Positions 12,501-27,500 of a stretch of 64,000 bases of DNA are shown here, in pieces. Position 1 is the first letter of the stretch. Each line of letters begins with the position of its first letter. This DNA comes from Botryllus schlosseri (taxonomy: Eukaryota), in NCBI GenBank assembly GCA_051294905.1, contig CM119381.1:18972001-19036000 (forward strand), written 5' to 3'. The position numbers were made by a program, and so were the translations under genes. The notes beneath the pieces are model-generated. The model was not told the DNA's origin, ran no database searches, and worked only from the letters and a program-made list of their open reading frames with translations.

Positions 12501-15500
12501 ATACTTATAGGTTACATTTTCCAAGGATGCTCAGTCGAAATCCGAACTCCGAATTGCATCAGATTCCGCAGTATGCATGGGTTGAGGACTTCGAGACGCG
12601 CCGTGTTTTGTTTGGAGAATTTATAGACTTATTTAGATGACGCGACATTCTGATCGTATGACGTATAACCGAAATTATCATTACTTTGTTGTGTTCAGCA
12701 AAGCAGATTATAACATATCGGTACGCACCTTATCTTCAACTGTAGCCTAAGTCGTCATTGTCTTGGATATAGAGCGTTGGCAATGTTGGAAATTCCGCGT
12801 TGTTTTACTGCACCGACACTAACTATGTTCATTGTTCATGTTGTGGTTCTAGGTCTACTTTTTAACAAACCGACATTTCATCGATTACGGTGTGTAGACG
12901 AAGCAACACCAAAGTCCGAACTCTTGGCTCCAGTGGTGATTTACTGTGCCCGGATGTCTTTCTAACGGATCTGGGGTTATTCCCTGGTGTGGCGCGGTGT
13001 GTATTATAGGCAGCGTTTGGTGTCATCGAGCATCTATCATCTCATATCAGGTTGATACAGCGTAATGGTGCACGTTGCCTGCTTTGAAGTGCCCGCTTTG
13101 TTACTTGTGTCGCGTAAGTAGCTGTTATTATTAGTTGATCTGATTCGAAATAGCACACTCGACTATGGTTATTACGCAGAGTTCTCATTTTAAGCCCCCT
13201 TCAACGTTCTATTTATTGGTCCTCTCCAATCTACTGTAACTAAACCGGCGTGGTTAGTGTCCTCTTGAAGATCGGTGGTTACAAAATTCACCCAGCTGCC
13301 ATGGCCGTGGTCTCTTTTACGGTGAAGATTGTACTGTCACACTGGCACAGCCCTTTGTCTTTGAATTAGTAAGAAATTATGATAAGTGGCCAGACTGGCC
13401 ACGGTCCATACAAGCCAAAAAGCGTGAAGCATCGTCGATGTATTTTAGAAGTATGGACGACCGTTACCGATGCCTCCATACTCAGTTTTATCGTATAGCT
13501 TTTTGTCAGTTATGGTGCTCGAGGCACATTTCATGAAACGGCGCGTGCCAACTAAAATTAGTTCGGCCTCGTTCCGTTGTTTCTAACTATAAACCGTTTT
13601 AGGCTCGTACCAACCTGCTTTTTATGGAGCAGCATGTAGAGCATGATTGAATTCAATATCCCCCCGAAGATGCACATCAGTATTATTCCCACATGTTTTC
13701 CGATCAGGGTGCCGAAATACGCTTCCAGTTCTTCGGCGCTGGCCATATTCCACGTTTCTGTGTTATATCCAACTTCCGAGCATGTATTCTTCGTTGCCCG
13801 CTGGCCTGCCGGCTTCAACCCTACGATTAGACTTATGGACGGTGAACCTAGTAATCACCCATCGCGTAGATTTTCTGTGAATATGCAAAATTAGGAAATA
13901 TCCGTCTAATAACCACGTTTCGCGTGGTGTAGACAGCGTATAGTCTGCACAAAAAATTGAATCTTGTGGACTAGTGATCTTTCATTTTCGCAATCCCCAT
14001 CTACAGAATGCGGTTCCGACAACGGCACGATATGCGTATAGACGCCAAGAGAAACTCAAGCTAACTAGATCAAGCTCTCTGCCGTTGAAAAAGACGAATA
14101 GCCTGCGGTAATCCGACGCTTATCTCCCGTGTCTGTGGACAATGCCTTTCTCTTTTTCAATGCAGCGCAATGGCTCGAGACCTCAAGTGTATATACAATC
14201 TGATCACTCCGAAGCCTTTTTAACGCTTGCGTTGCTTCGCCTTTTTCCCTACTCTTACTGTATGCGAGTGCGAGTGTGATAGCGTGAAAGGCTTGAATGG
14301 GAAAACAATCTTATTATGCTTTGATAATATTTCTTTGGTAGCGGTGTGGATTTATAAATAACCAGCTTAAACTGATAAACTATCGCCATATACTCTATTG
14401 TGAAAATTTGTAAAAAGGCTCCCGTTAACGCTTCTGAAGTCGGAAAGATAGCGGCTGTAAATTGGAACAACCGCAGCACTTTTCTATTAATACATTTCAA
14501 TCGTGGACTACAGTATATGCGCAGACTTATGCTTCAAATACCGACCGTCGGTCGGTTTTGAATTGTTTAGCGCAGCGCATGCGATGACATTGCGTTTCGA
14601 CTCTATAAACTCCGCATCCCACATTCGTATACAATTGCTCCATTATGATATCAATTATGTAGCCTTTGTAACTGAAACTTCGCATTATTGACGTAATGCG
14701 TTTTACGCAGACTCGACTCTCCGATGACTGTTTTCATCTTTTAGAAATTTCATTATTTTATTTCTTCCCCTCCTCCGTGACGTCGCAGCCAAGCAACACA
14801 AACGGGATGTCTTCGCCCCACACAGCAATTCGAATATCGAATTCGAATCCAGTGTTAATTGCGATGATCCAAATCGAGTACTGTAAGACGATATTTTCAA
14901 GTATTGATATTATACACCCTTTTTCCCTAAGAGTGATATTTTCATGTGGAATTGTAGCTACGATGTTTCTTAGCCAACGCGGAAGCTTTTAAACTTAAAT
15001 CAGTCGTATCACAGCATCCAAAACATATAGAACAAAGCTACGCAAGTTCGTAGAAATGACATTTGTGAAGTTGTGATCGACCGACGGCATTGTCACAAAG
15101 TGCAATGGCATTGATATGGCCGAGAAAATACTAAACTATCTTTATGTGGTGTAGTGCTGGCATTATTTTCCTTTTAGTCGCATAACAGGTACCTATTTCT
15201 CAACAGTAGGGCGATTTTTTTTACCTAAAAACGGAAGATTTGCATCTAAAGACGTAAGATTTCGACATTTGTTTGACCTTAAAAATTTTGATCTCATGTA
15301 TGTAAATTAGGCGTTTTTCCACATAATGTTAGAATTGTACTACTGTTCTTCATTTCTGGTTGGAACTGTCTGTCCGTACGAAGTATAGGCCTGAAATATT
15401 TTTTTACTCAAAACTGACAAATTTTTACATGAAAAAAACTTTATTTTACCGAAATATAAACCTGCGAAGAATCCCAGTAGTTGGCTACATCACGCATTAT

Positions 15501-18500
15501 GGCAGAAATAATAAAAATTTGTTGTAGCACAACAAAAGGTACTTCCCTACATTCTCGGGTAGAAAGTGTCTGTCCTTACTAAGTAGCTTGCCCAGAACGG
15601 AGAAAGAACGTTCAACAGCAGCAGTTATTGGCTGGCAACACTGAAGTTGTGCATGTGCAATGTGCATACACTGCTAGTGACACATCGTGTTGCTTCGTTG
15701 TGACAATTTTGACAATTTTTCGAAACTAATGCTACAATTTTGACTTATTTTTACATGTCAAAAAAATCGTCTTGCTCATCCATTACTCTATGACATCGTA
15801 ATGAATAATACTCGATTGGACTCGAATGAAGATACTAGTTTAGGAATCGAATCACTCAGGTTCTCGATCTTTCCCGGGCCAAGTAATAAGCTGGTATATC
15901 TCGTGTTTGTCGTGACTGGATTTATTACCGCGACATCAATGAGTCCTACTTCAAGAATTTTATCACGCTGATAACGCGGTACTCGAAAACACCTCGTTCA
16001 TATTTCTGCGACCGTCGTGTCCCGTATTCGATTCATGTTAATTTATGGTCGCGGCCGCTCTGGATAACCAATGAAAACTTATCCTTTGCACTTAATTTAC
16101 TTGTGCGATAATTGCGCTGCCGTTTATGTGCATTACGACGCTCCAGTAAGGTTACCGTCGATCGCCGACATCGCTGCGTCGCGATGTGTATAGATTGACC
16201 TTACTGACTTTATTTGCTGTGTTACCATGCCTGCCGGTTGTGGAACAGGTAAATAAGCGATCTCTTGTAATTTATTTGTTATGCTTTGAGCAAAGCCTGA
16301 TTGAAGTGGATATTACAAGCGTGCAGTACAAGTTCTAGCCGATTTCATTTGTAAGAGTCATTATCTCCAAAAGCGTACCCGCCCGTGGCGATTCTCTACT
16401 GCAATTTTTAATCTTTATTCTGTGCCGCGTCGCCTTTTGACGTCATTATATAGATTTTGGAGATAATGGAGGGAAGTAGTTTTGTAATGCATTCCGCCTT
16501 GTCCCGATTACGTACTAATTTCTAAATAACGTTCGTATCGTGAAAGTGAATGTATCGACGATTGGAGACCGTAGTGATAATCGAGAAGAAGACTATGTCA
16601 ATTACAATGAGAGGTAATGGCCTAAAAGGTGTTGTATCAAAATTTAGGACGTGTACGGTGTCAAAATGAACCTGTGTACTTCACTTCATGTCTCATGCTA
16701 CACTTTGCATCGCACCAATGCGTCGCGGCCATCGCGGGGATGTGTCAACCTATACCACGGTGTTTATTCTGTGCTGTCGAGCGTACGGACAAGTATTGCC
16801 AAACTGAGAGCACGCAAAATGCCGATAAATCATATTACAATAATCCTTTCAGTGCATGACACGCTGAAGGCGTACACGGTTGACATGACTGTCTCAAGAT
16901 ACTGATCGTGTATGCGTAGTTCTATAAACGGGGTTACACTCCCGACTCGTTTTTCTGGCATGGTTATGAATATTTCAGAGTAACAGAAGCATATAGTGGC
17001 GACGACAGTATTTCAATATTCATATTAAAATGAAAATATATTATACGTTGATAGGGAAATTATTGCGTGGACTTTTGCGAATATTCGAGTGTTTCTAGCG
17101 TGTGACCATAGGGACAAAGTGGCATAAGTGGAGTCCGATACAAAACGACTGTAATCCAAACGTTACAACAGCTTTCATTGAGTCACAGCGGTAAGATTCG
17201 AAGAACATTGGATTTGCGCCGTGTCGCCGCCGTCTGTTAACATAGCTTTTCAATGCTCCGCTATGTTTCAATTGACCTCTGTTGTAATTGCCGCACTTGT
17301 AATGTTTATCTTGCACTCGAGTTGGTTTAAGTTTTGGAAGTGAATGCTTTCATAGCCGACATCCTGCGAGCCGCCAATTCTCGAACGGTGACCCGCGAAT
17401 GGGGAACGGTTTTCCCGGTTGATTTTCGACCGCTGGTCCCTGCACGTAACGTTCCCATGGAAAGGATTACTCGAGTGATGGAACGTTAACATGTGACAGG
17501 AATTCCCGGAGACTCGAAAACGCTGCCGTGACTGATTGCCTACTGATAAGCGCACTTGATTTGTAGAACCAGCTGCGCGCCAGATAGTATTCATGACCCA
17601 CATGCAGTTTCGTCACTAGTTTCATTATTTCGTCACTCGCGCGAAATGTATACATGCGCGATGCGCGCGCTTGCATCGCGCAAGCTTTGGATACCAAAAT
17701 ATTATGGGGCTGGCCGGGGCCCCGGGCTGGCATCTTTTCACGTCACAGTAAGGATAACAAAAACAAGCGATTTGAACTTCTCGGTAACCTTCCGTTCGTT
17801 CACTAGTACAGTTGAGTCATGGACTTTGATTTCCCGTATCTGGTCTGCCTATCAAATCACCATGGGTACAGTAAAACTTGCCACGAAAGCGGCGAAGAGT
17901 GCCCTGGAAATCACGTAGATTATACATGAATGTGATTTTACATTTTAGTACACTTGGCCATCAGATAGTGTTTTGATTGGTTTAAAATTGCTTTATAGTG
18001 TTGCTTTATAGTGTTGCTTTATAGTGTTATTTCTTAGGAGTATTGATGACGAACAAGTTATCTTCCTCCTCCGGCCGCCGTATGTGTAATATTGAATAAC
18101 CTACGTGATGGACGATGACGCACTTGCTTCGCCGAAGCTCAAGTGTTGTTTTGTTTGGCTGTGACGGGAGCTGATATCGTGTTTAACGTTCTTTTATGAA
18201 CTATTAAATATAGTTTGTCTCAATGCCTTTTCTTTTTTCTCGATACAACTCTTCTGCAATCCAACTCGATCCTATAAGACTAAGTAAATGCGAATCGAAC
18301 CTGGTGGCACTGTACTATTTGAAATCGAACTGTTTCTCCGGTTAATTCTACGGCTTACATTGCGTTGATTTGAAAAGGCTGCGTTTGAAAATATGCTCTT
18401 TCTTTCACTTGTATTTTTGTATCTCACGCGATAGCATAGGCTGCACTCATCTTATTTTTAGTTTCACAAAGTGAAATTTGGTCTCGCCTGCGCCCCTAAA

Positions 18501-21500
18501 ACGACTTGTTTGCACTTGCTTATCGCTCGAGTATATGGCGTTAATTACGAAATGCCTGTGTACAGCACAGCCCAGTGATTCCGCGGTATTTGCAAAATTC
18601 CAGCGCTTCCGATATACTGAAGGTAAGCTGATAAGTTCAATCGGTCGACATCGGCTAATGGATATCTAATACAATACCTCAATTTCCGAGTCTCTCGGGT
18701 GTCAAATCACGCAATCATCGTCAAGTATTGATTCGAAGACGTGGTAATATATCTCCATCTCGATGTGCCGGAGCCGGGCCGGTCGAAAGATGACTTGCAG
18801 TAGCGTTTGGCTTTGTGAGGGAGGTTTGATTAAATAGATAACTAGTGCGCACAGTTAGTACAGTCTACGTTACACCTCATAAAATGCTGTGCTCATGACT
18901 TATGCGACATACGGTTTGGTCACGTTACCGCACTATTTCTTTGCGTATGAGCCACGTCTTGATCCCCCAATTTTAGTCATCATTGTCAGTTAGAATGTAC
19001 CTCAACGGTAGGATGCGGGGCAAGGATCCCGATTTGTTATTTTACCAATTTACAAGTTTCTTTTACATAAGGTTGATGGTATCGAACCTGATCGTTTTGT
19101 TGGTGCTGACATATCGTACTTTCGTGAACTGGCAGCAAGCACTTTTAGTCAAAACTATATTGAATTAAATCAGTTTCCTGATCCCGTAACAATGCCACTC
19201 GCCTCTTAAGCTGTCGTGGTTGAGTTCCTGTCTTAAAGCATATCTGTATCATATTCAATTTTCCTCACCTCGACCCACTAGATGACTAAAATTCTAGTGA
19301 AGCAAAACTGCCACCGAAAAATATGCTGCGGAGTATATCCTAGTCCCGAACGGCAAGGAAACAAATAACCTGCTTTTGTCATCGACTTGGCAAACCTTTG
19401 AACACTTCACGGTAGTGACAATGACTAACCGGAGCGTGTTTCTCGCCCATGTCTTCTTTATCTCAAGATCTGACATTGTTTCAGATTAGACTGCAGGCGA
19501 TGATACGCCTTCGAAGCAGCACGCAACCGTGCGGAAATCTGATTACGGGCGTAGGAAAAATTCGTCTTTTGTATTCAGAACGCGCGCACGGTTTAACGCC
19601 TCGTTGCTCTCAGTGAAATGCCTTTTTGGTCTAAAGCAGATATGTCAGACATACTGCCCGATGGACGATTTTATCCGGCCCACGATGCAACGCTGAGTAA
19701 ACGAAAAAATGCTAGTATTATTCAGCGCATTTTTATCAAAGGGAATTCTTCCAAGTAACTAATCGCTCAACATACCAACATTTTCATAAACCACATTATA
19801 TCCGTCCGGCGGCGATGTTGCATTTTCACTTCGTATCAACTCCGTGACTTCGGCACCATACTCCGGAACCGGGAAGAGCAAATAATCCACACGGACTGCA
19901 GAGTTTTAACGGAAAATGAACCGAAAACTAGTTTTTCAGAGGCCTAAACTCCAGGGCTAAGCCGGTGTCTGCGGGTTACAGTTCTCAAAGAACACACTGC
20001 AAATATATGTGGTCGCACTGCTAGATAATTTCTTGCTCAAAAGGTTCAAGCCTAACGAAGTCCTATTGTCGAGTTGTATCCATCAAATATGCACTTTAAA
20101 AGTATGGCAGTTATGGTAAAATAATTTTTTGCTGGTCATTTCACTATTTTAGTGCGGTGAGTAGCCTACATATCTCAGTTGGTCGGGTCCATAACTGGTC
20201 CGGCCGGCCCGCAATCGATCAAGGTCCGAAAACAGCCGATACTTGTGATATTTATTCAGCGCAAACTTGCAGCTACTTACGAAATCTAATTAAACATTCC
20301 AAATCGGAATGTCTCTTTAATTCGAAGATGCTTGAGCTCATCCGGTGTGCATGAAACTGCCTCGCTGATATAGCGCATTCGATAGTAATATGGGCCGTAA
20401 ACTATTTACACATCTAACTTGACTCAGTCGCTATTGTTTGCCGATCAGCTACGCACCGATTCTGTACCACGCCCGCGAAATCCTATAACATTTTCACAAC
20501 TCTTTGACATTATGATTTAGCGAAATCAAATACTACTTGTTATGCGTTTCTTCCGCGATATAATCGCTGAATTTAGATTTGTCCTTTACACAGAAGATTC
20601 TATGAGCGATATCACGATGTATTGGGTGCTCGAAACGGTTCCTTATGATTTGTAAGTGTTTCCTGATTGCCCTGATTCTCTTCGGTGACTGTTAAGCTGG
20701 GTGACTAATTGCGAAGAAAATAGTCATTTTTGTGGCAATCTTGGTGGTAAAAATATTCATGAGAGGCATAGTTATTGTTGATATTTCTTTCTTCCTCTTC
20801 AGTTATTTTTTGTCACGGGTTTTGGGGCTTCCTACGCCCGATTTGCTGCGACCAGTCCAAGATGGATATCATTTGATTTGACACCCCGAAATAACTCGTA
20901 CCCTCTTATCACCTTGCCGTATATGTATGTTGTCATACAGGCACCATGATGCTTTCTGCCTTCATCATACTCTGATGGTTTCCACACTTACGGTTCTCAA
21001 TCGCAGATTATGAGCCCTGTCAGTTTTTTTCGTTACTAGCCGCTGCTATTGTTTTATTGACCAGACATTCTGTTATGTTTTCGCGCTGCAATAGACATCG
21101 TTCGCAGAAGAGCGACCCCGAAACTCGGCAGTTTGCTCAATCATCAATGAAACATCTCGGAAATGGAGTGAGATAACTGTGTTTACCATACGATTCTACA
21201 CTAGTGGGGGCGTGACGTGTGGGATTTATTGCTTTTACGGTTCCGTTCTTTTACAGTTTTTACGGCGTATATTCATGCTGAAAATCAATATTGAATTCCT
21301 AGCGTTAGTAAACAAGATGACCTATTACGAATGTGTTATTGCCAGTGTGCGCAATCAGGGTGTATGGACTGTATTCGTTGTGTGTATTCCGCCGCCTTCG
21401 GTTCCTATGCAACGTATACGTATACTCTCTCACCGAGTGTTCGCGGGAATTCACCTTAGAATGCGTTTCATCAAGCTTAACGCTTTTAATTTGAGAGCCC

Positions 21501-24500
21501 AACCTCAATTCCTCTCGCTTACAACTCTGAAGCTCGCCGTACTATAGTCGTGTGGTGTAATTCGTTTGATTGATGTTGATTTATGTGACTATGTATGGTC
21601 AGGCAAAATCGAATATCACATGATTCCAATCCAGTGGTACTCAGCCGTTGCATCTTCGCGGACCCCTTTTGGATCACGGACCCCGATCACCAACAGTTTT
21701 CCCCAACAAAACATCTATAAACTGCAATATAAATGTTTGCACGGTAGGAAATTTTATCTCAGACGAACATGATTCTGATGATGCGACATGCGAGTCCTGA
21801 AGTTTTAGCAATTATGAATCGATACTGTCTCATGCATTCGCTAATTTAAAAATATCGCAAATTGGGTTATCAATCGTTTTACAAAAATGCTTCGCAGACC
21901 CCCGTTCGAGAACCACTGTTCCAATCGGATTCCTATATTCACTCCCCGATCGTATCCGATTTTTTGAAATTATTCCTGTACTTCAAGGAATGAGTGCGTC
22001 AAAATAATTATATTGTTAATGTATATGTTTGTACCTACTTGTCAAATGCTAAGGATCTCATAGTAGGTGCGTGGTGTGATTGATACGGGCAAGTCAGTTA
22101 ACGTGGTTGTTGAAAAATGCCAATCAGATGCGCTTGTACGATGAGAAAAAAAGAAGTAGGGCCTACCCGCAATTTGATTATTCCGGTCGACTCGATTTGA
22201 AACGCCAGATTCTCGCACGTAATCAAAATTGATTCGAACCGACTTGATTTGGTGAAATGATTACCGCGTCCTTACAATACGACAAGTGACGAAAGAGGTA
22301 CACTTGCGATGTAGCAGTGCGGTGTATTCACGCTTTCCCCCATTACACCCACGTTCACGGGTGTCTTGCATTTCTAGCGGATACAAGCATACAGCTCACC
22401 GATTCATATCACTTGGCGAGTGCAATGTATACCCCGCCAGTCTTCTCACGCTATTCCTCGCGTTTACGTCCTTTTTCCCTTACCCTTCCCTTATCGATAT
22501 CGGTTGCCTATCAGAAAAGATGTAGAGATCCCGATCCGAATCGGAAACGGGCGACAAAATAAACCTTCTCGCAGCCTGCAACATGATATTGTATCCGCAA
22601 AGTCCCGCGGTCCGGATTACCTGTCAATCGCCTGTGGCTAACTAGCGGCGACGAAGAAGCGTTTACTTTTTTGAAGAATGCCTTTCATTGTTTAGCGATT
22701 GTCGAAAGGCATAGTGCAACACACTGTGATGTGGCGGAACTTATTTTCCGCACGAAACCAACACGACGCGCAGCCTTCTCCGGATTACGATGCAGAAGCA
22801 TGTGAATGATTGAGACGCACTCGACCGTGTGGTAGCGTAATGCATTTTCTAGAAGCTGGAACAAGCATTATCGTAATCTTGGTAATGAGCGGGGGTGCTG
22901 ACGTTGCATACCTCGCGTGTAAAGTTTGTGTAAGTCGAGTTCAAATAACGTTCATTTTCAATGCATCGGTTTGTCTTGTAATGGGGTGATTTTGTGCGGA
23001 AATCATTCCGGGACCAAACTTGTTTTTCCCGGCATTCTTTTATCATTTGTTGATTTCACGTGCAATTTGTACGAGTACGAGAGCACGTATCATGAAATGC
23101 TCCGGTGGAACGATAGCATTCGTGGCACCCGCGGGAGGAAACAGTTTTCTATCCTCAGTTTTCTACCATCAGCACCACCATGCAACTATTTGCTATCCCT
23201 ATACTAGTACTACATGTGCTACACCAACGTGTATCTCTCTACGACAGTGCGGGGCACTCGTCCTAAAATGGGTTTCAAATTCCCGCCTTGATTTATGCAA
23301 GGTTCAACCTCGCCGAATCGCTGCAATACGCTTGGTGCGTTTATTGATATTCGTTTTGCGACATCGGCAGAGACCTTATTTGTTGCAGTTGTCCCGTGAG
23401 AATCGCCGTTTCCGCGCGTTCAGGCACCCGATATAGACTGCCCGCGCCTCATGAGTGACTCATCCCGACCCTTAAGTAAATTCAATTGACAGAATCCATT
23501 ATCCCTAGCCATAATCTGGATTATGTCCGTAATATCACGCACGACGTACATCGCGCGGTCAAGGTTTTTATACGAGACCATACCGATACGATTTATGTAT
23601 GGCATGCTTCTTAATATGCTGATGGAGGTACCGCGAGTCTGTCTAGTCACACAAGCAAGTTCGTTAATTATCTCAGCTCATTGGCTATTAGCATTTTCAT
23701 CAAAACACCACGTGATCGCTATACAAATAAAATATAGGAGGAGTCGTACCACTTGGATAAGTCTACCTTGACCTGCAGGTGGGAGATATATTGCTTTAAG
23801 GCAGTTTCGACCAACCTGAAATGTTTCGTGTTTCCTAACATTTGTTACGCACCGCTCGTTACTTTTTCTACCCCGATTACGAGCGTTCGTTGTTTTTGTT
23901 ACGTTGAGTCGACAATTCGTGTTCGTCTTGCGTCATTTCGAACTCCAATCTGTCTTCAAGTATGAAGATTCTTCTATTCGTGGTAGACTGGTCGTTTAGA
24001 ATTTGCCTTGAGTACCGCGTTTGAATCAAGCATTCATAAATTCGATCTTCACTTCGCCTCTTTCCTAAGCGCTGACAATTAAAGACGAAGAGGCATGTGT
24101 AATTGTGTGTATGCTGTAATTTTACGTTAATTCGAAAGTTGTTATACTTGTTGGTTGTTAGCATCGTGTCGGAATTTGTTGCCTCGGTTCACAATTCCGA
24201 TGGCATCGTTCATACCTCCCTTAGAAAGTGCATGATTTTCCGAACACGATATACCAAGACTGGCGGGTTGAACCCCCTGTAATCTCCTGGAATGGGCGGA
24301 TAGATGTGACCATTGCTTGGCCTTTGTGGTTGCTATGTGCATTGTGCATGTGCAGGTACAAACATCCAAGATTTCAATGAAGCTACTGTGATACCACTGA
24401 AGACTGATCAATAATTCCCCGCATCTTATGTTAAAAACAATTAACTCCCTCCTGTCACTAAGGAAAATACATTATATGAACGATAAAGTTGGTAAAGTGC

Positions 24501-27500
24501 ACCACCCCCGCCCTGGATACGCCCATCATCCACATTGACCCGTCTGTGTTAGCGTAAACTTTCGTTTTTTACTCCTATTTATTGTAAGAAGAACACTAGT
24601 GAGTTGTAATCGACATAACAAGGGACACAGACCATTTTTATCTCTGAAATTAACACTTTATTTCTGTTCGTTTCATCGTAATGATATGTTTGGTTTTGAG
24701 GGTCGAGTCTCGAGCGAAACTTCATGACTTCAATGATGGCCTGGTGGGTCGGATATCAGATTGATATTCTCGGGCGGCGAAGGACCGCATTGGTCTGATA
24801 AGGCTGAGCCGTTGAACCGAATTTCCTTTACCGAAATATCACTCTAGTAGCGTTTGTGGTTTAGTTCTTGTGATGCAGGCTTGTAATGACTCGAGTCATG
24901 ACTCGACTCGAGTCTGACTCGATTCACGATTTTTAGTGACTCGACTCATATTTTCAAATGCGTAACATGACTCGACTCGAGTCAACTTTATTATCTCGAC
25001 TTGTACTCGAGTCATTCTGCATGACTCGAACCAAGTCCTATGACTCTAGACTAAGACGGCCAAGACAGACATTTCATTGTAACTTCGAAGAATAGTAAAG
25101 TTACCACGTTATTGGTGTGTCGTCTATCGTGCTTGATAATTGGAAAACATAGCCAGAAACTGTTACTGAGGAAAATTACTATATTATGAATGCGAGCCAT
25201 TCTGTATCACTCGAGCGGAGTTGAAAAGAGTGGGTTGAACTGAAAACTGAACAGTGACCTTAATGACTTGAAGTCGGACTAGAGTCAAAACGCTACGACT
25301 CGGAGTCGACCCTTTATTACCTGACTTGGACTCGAACTTGACTCGGAGGTGAATTGAAAATGACTCGACTTGACTCGAGTCAAAACTATAAAAGTGAGAT
25401 TGACTTGCGACTCGGAACCTTGTGACTTGGTTACAACCCTGTTGTGATGTAATGCTATTCGTTCATCAAATTGCTTCTGGGTGGAAAGACACCACCAGTA
25501 ATTTTCATAGTATCACACACTACAGGTGCGTGCGCATGCGCACAACCGCAGGCTCCGAGGTGCGTTACTCTTCGCTATTCCTCGGGGTCTAATTGCGCAC
25601 CAGTCGATAGTGACGATACGCCTACTTTTCATGCTTGAATCCCAGTAAATTCAACGTGCTATGTCGATAGCGTGAGACCGTTTATGCTTCAAGTGTAAGC
25701 TCGCCTTTGATCGCCAGACAATATCTGGATTTGAACGAAGGTACGACTACCGTTTGTGGAATTCCATCACACTGTTTCGCATTGCATTGCATAGCTTATT
25801 ATTCACGGTCGGCCAGATGGTTGTTAGTTTATTCAAGTGTGAGAGATGTGGGAGTGTATGGTATGGTGTGCAGAATTTTAAAGATATGTAAGAAGTGCGA
25901 GTTCCCAGTCGATTCAGTCGACGAATTTTGCCGCCACAACTGCTATGATTTGACAATGTTCCGCCCGTCGCTGATCTGGTATTGCCAGGGCAATGTGCCG
26001 CATTTCACTATATGTGAACTTCAGGGAAATCTAAGATATCCCTGTTAAATTCACCTGTAATGGAACTGGTGGTCTTCCAATTGGCGCATGCGAAGTGTGC
26101 GCACCACCGCTGCGCGTGCATGACTCAGTATGTGACTTCGTTATAAATCACCCAGTGACAAACGCTTGCACGTCTCTCTGTCGCCGCTAAGCTAGTTATT
26201 GTCGCAATCGATGTGTGCTTTGTTTTATTTTGTACAAATATATTCCCCGTTCAGTCTTCATTTAAAATCAATGTATCATTTTTGTCGATGGTCTGTTAAT
26301 GTCGATTTGATCTTCAAACAATGTTTTACTACTTGGGGTCGTAAGGACTCGTGCATTATCAACACATGAATGTTAGACACACTTCTCTTTACCATCGTCA
26401 TTAGATGTACCTGGGTAGGCAGTATAAAAATGCTGACTTCGAAATCTTTTAGAAACGATCATTCACCGGATTCTGTGTACTGGCGTCGGTCAGGGACTAT
26501 ATTTTGATAATATGGGATACTCGTGCAGAAGTGTTCTCCTTGACATAAAACACTTGTCCAAGTCATACTCGGGGCGGGATACACAAACGTAATTTAACCA
26601 CCCATTTACACCTTTGAACTCCCAATACGATTACGCCACCCATGCTCAATTTGTAAAAGTAGGCTCAGTGTTACTATTTCATCTCCGCCACGTCCGTTTA
26701 TCAAATTTTCAGGGTTTCTTCAAAATCGTCTCATCCCATGCTTCCTATCCATAGCGTGATTTTGTGTGAATTTTGCTACTTTTCTGCAGATGGTGCGATA
26801 GCCCTAATAATGGGCGAGGTGTTTTGGGATGTTCGATTGCATGACCTCATACCCCAGGCAGGAATGGTAACACCACCAAATTAACAGTAACGCTGCGTAA
26901 TTGCCCACTCTGCTACATTTCGAGAAAGGTCTTACACACCCATGACTGGATTATTTTTCGAGGTTACTTTTGAGCGAAGATAACTTGATATTGATGCTTC
27001 AACAGCGATTTACTCTCTTTCTGGGAAAATAGCCTGTGCCACCATCACTTTTCGCTGTGTTAGCCTTCTTTCACTAAGCAATCATTGACAATTCGGTTGC
27101 GAGACTTGACTATGTTAACATGCTTGGCTTCTGTCATACGCATGTTGACCTCGCCTGTCGGCGAACCTGCAATTATGCTGTAATGTTTGTCGAATCGTAT
27201 GATCTCTGACCGGGGGTTAAGTAACTTTCTTGCTTTAGATCGTCCGTCACAGTGTAACCATCAGGTCCGGTGATGACGTGATTATGTTTGGGTGCCGAAA
27301 ATACATCGGCTGTGTGCGAACAGCAGACGCTAATGTCTCGGCTCGTTAATGTTGACAGTGTTTTGACTGGTGTGACATTTTGAGGTACCGCCGCGGTCAA
27401 TTAGTTGCAAATAATCTGCGCAAGTGTACCGCGATTCTGGGATGTTGCTTTACATTTGCGCGAGACTCGTATACTTTCTGTCCGAGACAATTGTTGTTCC

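Noticed and set aside
14166-14186. Possible 21-nt phase 0/0 TTC3 microexon (RNGSRPQ) in the giant intron
   Set aside because: Good acceptor but weak donor; such sites are expected by chance in 41 kb
24895-25440. CRISPR-like or iteron-like array of GACTCGAGTC palindromes
   Set aside because: Irregular spacing, no unique spacers or cas genes, eukaryotic context; explained as MITE subterminal repeats
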